Shown here: in pieces, positions 1 to 7,225 of the stretch | How positions within the stretch are numbered: position 1 is the stretch's first letter | How the letters are laid out: each line of letters opens with the position of its first letter | Assembly: GCA_002716355.1 (NCBI GenBank) | Contig: PBAU01000001.1 | Coordinates: 1-7,225, forward strand | Direction of reading: 5' to 3' | Length of the DNA: 7,225 bases | From: a bacterium | GTDB lineage: Bacteria > UBP7 > UBA6624 | Notes under the pieces: generated by a model | The model's input: the letters and a program-made list of their open reading frames with translations, nothing else | The model's database searches: none | What the model was told of the DNA's origin: nothing | Translations under genes and position numbers: made by a program

Positions 1-392
1 AATTAAATAAATATGAATTTGACGACCTCTATATTCCAAGAAAGGTATGGGCTGAGCTTTACAACATTAGCAACATGCCAATACCTGAATGGGCACCAAT
101 GCAACAATATTCAAAAAAGTATGATCAAGGAAAAATAAAAGCAAAAAAAATATTATTTGATAAACATTTAAAGTTATCAAAAGTTATCTCTAATGACCCT
201 CGCATAATTGAAATACCGGACTACAAGCAAAACGCAGCTTTTATTCAATCATTGCCACAACACATAAACGCCAAGAAACATGGCGCAAGAATCGAAGTGC
301 TAAACCCAAGGGAATTTGATAAATGGATAGGTCGAGCACCACCTCCCACATTGGTGGAACGAGTAAAATCAACACTCACATGGCTCAAATGA
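1..392 (+). CDS. hypothetical protein, 5'-partial (frame open to the left window edge), family not recognised
   Basis: The track ORF 75..392 stays open upstream in the same frame. Hand translation of 3..74 gives LNKYEFDDLYIPRKVWAELYNISN with no stop, so the true start is probably outside the window. The TGA stop at 390-392 overlaps the ATG at 389 (ATGA). I recognise no catalytic or family motif in the visible ~130 aa. Confidence 0.55.
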   Translation, partial: LNKYEFDDLYIPRKVWAELYNISNMPIPEWAPMQQYSKKYDQGKIKAKKILFDKHLKLSKVISNDPRIIEIPDYKQNAAFIQSLPQHINAKKHGARIEVLNPREFDKWIGRAPPPTLVERVKSTLTWLK

Positions 393-1282
393 AAATCTGG
401 AACAGCAACGAAACGCCAAGCAAAGGCCCTTATGCTGTGACAATCGGCTCATACGACGGGATACACAAGGGTCACAAGGAAATCATCCAGAACCTTGCCG
501 ACAATTCGAAAAAGTCACTGCTGATAACATTCGACCCCCACCCAAAAGCGTTTTTCATGAAGTCCAGATTCAGGTGCCTGACATCCATGGACGAAAAGAT
601 CCAGTCATTGGCGGATACAGACCTTACAGACATCTGGATTGTCAGTTTCAATGACCGGCTGGCCAACCTCAACCACAGTGAATTCATTGCCAGCATCCTT
701 GAGAAGATAGAGGTGTCCCATCTCGCAGTCGGTGAGGATTTCCGTTTTGGCAAGAACCGGACTGGAGACACAGGTGAACTGAAGAAATGGTGTGACGGGA
801 ATGGCATCTCCATTGATGTTTTGGGTGATGTCACAGATGGCAACACCAAGATAAGTAGCACACTCATAAGGGAAAAGATCTCAAAAGGCGAAATCGAAAA
901 AGCCAATGAATTGCTGGGAGGCGAATACTCCATAAGCGGAACGGTTGTCAAGGGTTCCAGAAGGGGTGGTGGGATTGATTTTCCAACTGCAAATATCAAG
1001 ATATCCGGGGAGAAGCAAGAGCCTGGCCATGGTGTCTATTGTGGAAAGATACAGATTGACGAAAAGGCATACAGGGCGGCAATAAACTACGGCACAAGAA
1101 AAACATTTGGTGAAGGGGATGTTTGGCTTGAGGTCCACATTCTGGATTTTGACCAGATCATCTATGGCAAAGATGTGAAGATCTTTTTGACAAAAAAGAT
1201 AAGGGAAGAGAAGAAATTTGAAAATATCGACGAGCTGAAACGCCAAATCAGCAAAGATGTAGAAGCCTGCCGGAAAGACTGA
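380..1282 (+). CDS. ribF: bifunctional riboflavin kinase / FMN adenylyltransferase (FAD synthetase)
   Basis: The N-terminal adenylyltransferase signature is VTIGSYDGIHKGHKEII followed by LITFDPHP. The C-terminal riboflavin kinase signature is GTVVKGSRRGGGIDFPTANI ... GVY ... INYG ... LEVHILDF..IYG. The start is ambiguous: ATG 380 (MAQMKIW) or ATG 389 (MKIW, an ATGA overlap with the upstream stop). The track start at 323 would overlap the upstream ORF by 70 nt and adds non-conserved sequence. The stop is tandem, TGA-TAA at 1280-1285. Confidence 0.93.
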   Translation: MAQMKIWNSNETPSKGPYAVTIGSYDGIHKGHKEIIQNLADNSKKSLLITFDPHPKAFFMKSRFRCLTSMDEKIQSLADTDLTDIWIVSFNDRLANLNHSEFIASILEKIEVSHLAVGEDFRFGKNRTGDTGELKKWCDGNGISIDVLGDVTDGNTKISSTLIREKISKGEIEKANELLGGEYSISGTVVKGSRRGGGIDFPTANIKISGEKQEPGHGVYCGKIQIDEKAYRAAINYGTRKTFGEGDVWLEVHILDFDQIIYGKDVKIFLTKKIREEKKFENIDELKRQISKDVEACRKD

Positions 1283-1438
1283 TAAGGCTAAGTTATCTGC
1301 CCAAAACAAGCCATATTTTCTCAAACAAATCACTTGCCAACCAAAAAACACACAACAAAAGGTAGAATTGCTGAACACAGAGGAGCTACGTTACTACTGG
1401 GTTCAAACCGAGTTACATCGTGGCAATGGAGGAAATTT
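1283..1438 (+). promoter_or_regulatory. rpsO 5' leader / intergenic region; candidate S15 autoregulatory RNA and probable promoter region
   Basis: This is the longest non-coding stretch in the window. A helix can form between 1385-1390 (GCUACG) and 1419-1424 (CGUGGC). It has 6 bp including U1387-G1422 stacked on C1386-G1423, and it ends 3 nt before the GGAGG SD at 1428-1432. It encloses a small imperfect hairpin (1396-1401 / 1408-1413). TTGCCA (1334-1339) and TAGAAT (1363-1368) resemble promoter hexamers but are 23 nt apart. Function is inferred only. Confidence 0.3.
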
Positions 1439-1708
1439 ATGAGCATTGAAGCGAAAATAAAGTCTAAGATTATCAAAGACTTTGCAATCAAAAAAGGTGA
1501 TACGGGAAGTCCTGAGGTGCAGGTTGCCCTCTTGACTTACAGAATCAACCAACTTACGGAACACCTTAAGGATAACCGTAAAGACAATCATGGGAAGAGG
1601 GGCTTCTTGGCTTTGATTCAGAGAAGAAGAGATCTGCTTGATTACCTTAAGAGAAAGGATGTTGACAGATACCAGAAACTAATCGAAAGCCTTGGCTTAA
1701 GGAGATAG
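1439..1708 (+). CDS. rpsO: 30S ribosomal protein S15
   Basis: The 89-aa product [89 protein letters not shown] is a canonical S15 in length and motifs (GDTGS.EVQ.A.LT.RI..L..HL..n.KD.hs.RGL). GGAGG at 1428-1432 lies 6 nt before ATG 1439. The track start at 1334 (TTG) is an in-frame read-through of the leader. Confidence 0.95.
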   Translation: MSIEAKIKSKIIKDFAIKKGDTGSPEVQVALLTYRINQLTEHLKDNRKDNHGKRGFLALIQRRRDLLDYLKRKDVDRYQKLIESLGLRR

Positions 1709-1710
1709 TC

Positions 1711-2250
1711 ATGAGTAACGTATTAGCAATCAACTCAAGAAAAGAAAGCGGGAAATCCGCTTTAAGAAAAATGAGAAGAGAAGGGTTTGTCCCTGGGGTT
1801 CTTTATGGAAAAGGTGCAGAACCTGTTGCATTTGAAGCTGACAAGAAAAAAGTAATGGCTGCCTTGAAAAAAGTGTACAAGTCAAACCAGGTGATAGAGG
1901 TTGAGCTGGATGGAAAAAAGAAAGGCACTGCGGTCTTCAATGAGATACAAAACCATTATTTTGACGGTACGTTGCAGCATGTTGACCTATGGACAGTCAA
2001 GCCTGAGGAACAGATAACCAAAAAAGTATTCTTGGTGCCTTCCGGGGAATGGGATCTGCAAAGATCTAAAGGTTTTTACATGGAGGTAAAGGCAATCAAG
2101 ATAACTGGACCTGCTGGCAAGATGCCCGGTACTATTCCATTTTCAACAACAGGCTTGGAAGAAGGCGACAAACTTCGAATAAAAGATTTAAAGATTCCGG
2201 ACGGGATTGAAATCGCCCAACATGGAAATACAGTAATCTGCCGACAGTGA
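1711..2250 (+). CDS. rplY: 50S ribosomal protein L25 / general stress protein Ctc (two-domain form)
   Basis: The N-terminus SRKESGKSALRKMRREGFVPGVLYGKG is the L25/Ctc signature, and 179 aa fits the Ctc-type long form. AAGGAG at 1699-1704 lies 6 nt before ATG 1711. The gap after the rpsO stop is 2 nt. Confidence 0.9.
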   Translation: MSNVLAINSRKESGKSALRKMRREGFVPGVLYGKGAEPVAFEADKKKVMAALKKVYKSNQVIEVELDGKKKGTAVFNEIQNHYFDGTLQHVDLWTVKPEEQITKKVFLVPSGEWDLQRSKGFYMEVKAIKITGPAGKMPGTIPFSTTGLEEGDKLRIKDLKIPDGIEIAQHGNTVICRQ

Positions 2251-2792
2251 AGTTTCTTGTTGTTGCTCTTGGTAACCCTGGAGACAAATATCAGAATACG
2301 AGACATAATGCGGGTTGGCGTGCAATTGATGCATTTAGAGAGAACCATCATTATCCGGAATGGCAAAAGTTCAAACATGGATTTCTTGGCTTAAAGAGAG
2401 TAAATGGGTTGTGGTGCAAAAAAGATAATATCATCCTATTTAAACCCTTAACATTCATGAATCTTTCGGGATCTGCAATTTTGAAAATAAAAAACTACTT
2501 AAAAATAGATACTGAAAACATCATTATTCTTTTAGATGACATTAATTTTGAAATCGGCCTGGTCAAAGCTCGCGAAAAAGGAAGCGCTGGTGGCCACAAT
2601 GGCATGAAAAGCATTATCGCATGCTTAAAAACACAGGAAATAAAGAGAATCAAAATCGGAGTTGGGAAATTTAAAAACCATCAAGATTTAGCTGGTTACG
2701 TACTCTCAAAACTCAACCAAGACGAGCTTGACAATGAAGAAAAATGTCATGAAATAATTTTTGACAAAATAAAATCATTTACAAGAAAATAG
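2247..2792 (+). CDS. pth: peptidyl-tRNA hydrolase
   Basis: KFLVVALGNPGDKYQNTRHNAGW contains the catalytic His in TRHN. LLDDINFEIG and GSAGGHNGMKSI are also canonical Pth motifs. The only start that keeps the conserved N-terminus is GTG 2247, which overlaps the rplY TGA stop (GTGA, 2247-2250). No SD is visible, so translational coupling is likely. Confidence 0.93.
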   Translation: MKFLVVALGNPGDKYQNTRHNAGWRAIDAFRENHHYPEWQKFKHGFLGLKRVNGLWCKKDNIILFKPLTFMNLSGSAILKIKNYLKIDTENIIILLDDINFEIGLVKAREKGSAGGHNGMKSIIACLKTQEIKRIKIGVGKFKNHQDLAGYVLSKLNQDELDNEEKCHEIIFDKIKSFTRK

Positions 2793-2795
2793 CGA

Positions 2796-2818
2796 TAAAT
2801 ATTATTAAATAATATTTA
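2796..2818. repeat. perfect 23-bp A/T-only palindrome (11-bp arms around A2807) in the pth-transketolase gap
   Basis: Read directly from the sequence: TAAATATTATT-A-AATAATATTTA. All 11 arm positions are complementary, and the match breaks at 2795/2819. It starts 4 nt after the pth stop. Confidence 0.9.
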
Positions 2819-2821
2819 AGG

Positions 2822-3691
2822 GTGCTAGAATATTATCCCATAATGATTACAAATATGGGACCAGGAACAAACAACAACCCTAACCAAATAGACTCTCTAG
2901 AAATCGCTAAAAAGTGTCGTGAACACATCTTAAGAATGACGTCATGGGCTAATTCAGGACATCCTGGAGGATCGCTCTCAGCAATAGACATGCTTGTCTG
3001 TCTTTATATTGAAAGAATGCAGGTCAAAGCCGAAATGCCTAAATGGGAAGATAGAGATAGATTCATCATGAGCAAAGGGCATGCAAGCCCTGGCATGTAT
3101 GCAATATTGAAAGAGATGGGTTTTATAAATGATGATGACATAAGGCAATTCAGGCAACTTGGAGGAGTGTGTCAAGGACATGTTGACAGCAAGTGGGCTC
3201 CAGGAGTTGATTTTTCTGCCGGATCATTAGGAATGGGTTTGTCTTTTGGCATTGGATGCGCACTGGCAGCAAGAATGGAAAAATCACTAAGAACAATTTT
3301 TGTTATGCTGGGCGATGGTGAAATACAAGAAGGTCAAGTCTGGGAAGCGGCAATGTCGGCTTCGAACTTTAATCTTGGTAATCTAAAAGTGTTTCTGGAT
3401 AACAATGGCATTCAAAATGATGATTTTTGTGAAAATCAGATGTTGATGGGAAACATTGAAGAAAAATGGAAAGCATTTGGCTGGAAGACAAAAAAAATTG
3501 ATGGTCACTGTCATGATGAAATAAAAAAAAGCATCACTTGGCTAGATTCAATTAAAGACAAACCAGCTATAGTCATAGCAAAAACTGTAAAAGGTAAGGG
3601 TGTTAGCTTTATGGAGAACAATCCTGCATTTCATGGAGCTGCAGCAAATCCAGAGCAGCTAGAACAAGCTTTGAAGGAGATATACGGATGA
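2822..3691 (+). CDS. tkt: transketolase, N-terminal (ThDP-binding PP domain) subunit of a split enzyme
   Basis: SGHPGGSLS, SKGHASPGMYA and the ThDP motif GDGEIQEGQVWEAAMSASNFNLGNLKVFLDNNG (GDG...NN) are all present, followed by HG near the C-terminus. The start is uncertain. GTG 2822 gives the longest ORF, but its AAGG lies directly against the start. ATG 2843 and ATG 2855 are alternatives and neither has a clear SD. Confidence 0.92.
   Translation: MLEYYPIMITNMGPGTNNNPNQIDSLEIAKKCREHILRMTSWANSGHPGGSLSAIDMLVCLYIERMQVKAEMPKWEDRDRFIMSKGHASPGMYAILKEMGFINDDDIRQFRQLGGVCQGHVDSKWAPGVDFSAGSLGMGLSFGIGCALAARMEKSLRTIFVMLGDGEIQEGQVWEAAMSASNFNLGNLKVFLDNNGIQNDDFCENQMLMGNIEEKWKAFGWKTKKIDGHCHDEIKKSITWLDSIKDKPAIVIAKTVKGKGVSFMENNPAFHGAAANPEQLEQALKEIYG
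2823..2831 (+). promoter_or_regulatory. extended -10-like element TGcTAGAAT (candidate internal promoter for the tkt-tal-pyrG part)
   Basis: TGCTAGAAT matches the TGnTAnAAT extended -10 pattern. It lies just downstream of the palindrome and inside the longest possible transketolase ORF. This is a motif match only, in A/T-rich DNA where such matches arise by chance. Confidence 0.2.
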
Positions 3692-4623
3692 CTTTAGCTG
3701 CTCCGAGAGATGGTTATGGAAATGCTTTATTGAAATTAGCAAAAAATCCAAAAGTTGTAGTGTTAGAAGCGGATTTGGGGAAATCAACAAAAAGCTGTTG
3801 GTTCAGGAAGGAATATCCTGAAAGAACATTTTGTGTTGGGATATCTGAACAGAATATGGTTTTAGTAGCAGCCGGACTTGCCTCTTCTGGCTATATTCCT
3901 TTTGCAAGCACTTTTGCCATATTCAGTGAGCGAGCTTTTGAACAAATGAGAAATGGGGTTTGTCGTCCTGAGCTAAATGTTCATTTATGTGGCAGTCATG
4001 GTGGAATGCATACGGGTGAAGATGGAAGCTCTGCACAATCTGTGGAGGATTTAGCTATATTTAGATCATTGCCAAATATGACTGTAATACATCCTGCTGA
4101 TGATATATCTGCTGAACAATTAACAATTCAATTGTCAGAGCATTGCCGCCCATCTTACATGCGAACAACAAGAAACAAAGTGCCTAGGCTGTATGAAGAC
4201 AAAATTGAACAATTACAGATAGGTAAAGGTGTTGTTCACAAAGAGGGTGGGGATGTTGTCATTTTTGCATGTGGAATCATGGTTGCAAGATCACTTGAGG
4301 CAGCAGAAAAACTTGCCGAAGAAAACATCCATGCAACTGTGATTGATATGCATACAATCAAACCTTTAGATGAAAAACTTGTTGTCGATAAGGCTAAATC
4401 ATGTGGATGCGCTGTAACTGTTGAAGATCATTCTGTAATTGGTGGCCTGGGTGGTGCAATTTCAGAATGCTTAACAAGCAAACATCCAGTTCCAATAGAG
4501 AACGTAGGCGTTAAAGATAAGTATGGACAATCTGGTAAACCAGAAGAATTAATGGAGTTGATGAATTTAACTGTTGATGACATTGTTCGATCTGCTAAAA
4601 AATCAATTGAAAGAAGGAGTTAG
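3688..4623 (+). CDS. tkt: transketolase, C-terminal (pyrimidine-binding plus C-terminal domain) subunit
   Basis: GISEQNMVLVAAGLA, FASTFAIFSERAFEQMRN, HGGMHTGEDGSSAQSVEDLA and IKPLD match the C-terminal half of split transketolases. AAGGAG at 3674-3679 lies 8 nt before ATG 3688. The ATGA overlaps the upstream stop (3688-3691). Confidence 0.93.
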   Translation: MTLAAPRDGYGNALLKLAKNPKVVVLEADLGKSTKSCWFRKEYPERTFCVGISEQNMVLVAAGLASSGYIPFASTFAIFSERAFEQMRNGVCRPELNVHLCGSHGGMHTGEDGSSAQSVEDLAIFRSLPNMTVIHPADDISAEQLTIQLSEHCRPSYMRTTRNKVPRLYEDKIEQLQIGKGVVHKEGGDVVIFACGIMVARSLEAAEKLAEENIHATVIDMHTIKPLDEKLVVDKAKSCGCAVTVEDHSVIGGLGGAISECLTSKHPVPIENVGVKDKYGQSGKPEELMELMNLTVDDIVRSAKKSIERRS

Positions 4624-4625
4624 TT

Positions 4626-7225
<2,600 letters not shown>

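Noticed and set aside
323-379. N-terminal extension of ribF from ATG 323 (MDRSSTTSHIGGTSKINTH).
   Set aside because: It would overlap the upstream ORF by 70 nt and adds residues that are not part of the conserved RibF N-terminus. ATG 380 or 389 gives the usual distance of about 17-20 aa to the (T)IGxFDGxHxGH motif.
1334-1368. TTGCCA (1334-1339) and TAGAAT (1363-1368) considered as a sigma-70 type promoter for rpsO.
   Set aside because: The hexamers are 23 nt apart, well outside the functional 16-19 nt range, and there is no TG extension before TAGAAT. A promoter is likely somewhere in this gap, but I cannot place it from the sequence.
472-1378. Two long antisense ORFs (472..999, 175 aa, and 881..1378, 165 aa) lie opposite ribF, and the second reaches into the ribF-rpsO spacer.
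   Set aside because: The + strand frame here encodes a full-length RibF with both catalytic domains intact. The antisense products are Ser/Leu/Phe/Cys-rich with no recognisable motifs, SD or plausible start context. This is also the most GC-rich part of the window, where stop-free antisense frames are expected by chance.
1397-1413. tRNA T-arm-like sequence CTGGGTTCAAACCGAGT (a GGTTCAAAC T-loop look-alike) in the rpsO leader, with TGGCA downstream.
   Set aside because: The flanking 5-nt stems do not pair (G1400 faces G1410, T1398 faces G1412). No acceptor, D or anticodon arms can be built around it, so it is not a tRNA or an evident tRNA remnant.
1334-1438. In-frame TTG-initiated 35-aa basic extension of S15 ([17 protein letters not shown]...).
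   Set aside because: S15 is almost invariably about 89 aa, and ATG 1439 has a GGAGG SD at ideal spacing. The upstream open frame is a short stop-free stretch of the leader, which chance can produce.
2796-2818. The A/T palindrome considered as the intrinsic terminator of the upstream genes.
   Set aside because: The stem has no G-C pairs, a 1-nt centre that cannot form a loop without opening pairs, and no following U-tract (AAGGGTGC follows). It is kept as a possible operator instead.
3490-3530. A8 homopolymer runs inside coding sequence (3490-3497 and 3523-3530 in the transketolase N subunit, and also 143-150 in the first ORF) considered as slippage or phase-variation sites or as frameshift signs.
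   Set aside because: All three are read through in frame and encode Lys-rich stretches within intact proteins of normal length. Such runs are common in A/T-rich genomes. Nothing here indicates a frameshift or pseudogene.

Overview
This is an ordinary, very tightly packed housekeeping locus from a low-GC bacterium (roughly 40% GC by hand counts). It uses the standard genetic code: TGG encodes Trp, and TGA, TAG and TAA all act as stops. Nine co-directional + strand genes fill almost the whole window: a 5'-truncated ORF of unknown family, ribF, rpsO, rplY/ctc, pth, a split transketolase (N and C subunits), a short-type transaldolase and pyrG. A convergent DnaQ-like DEDDh exonuclease on the - strand runs off the right edge. 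Four + strand junctions are 4-nt stop/start overlaps (ATGA or GTGA) and two are 2-nt gaps. Only two real non-coding gaps exist: 156 nt before rpsO and about 30-60 nt before transketolase. I see no tRNA or rRNA, CRISPR array, IS or transposase, integrase, toxin-antitoxin pair or defence-type gene. I do not find convincing evidence of a novel multi-gene system here. The items worth a second look are modest. They are a candidate S15 autoregulatory leader, a perfect 23-bp A/T palindrome with an extended -10 ahead of the pentose-phosphate module, the unusual operon composition, the unclassifiable upstream ORF, a GC step at pth, and a 9-nt convergent overlap at the pyrG end.
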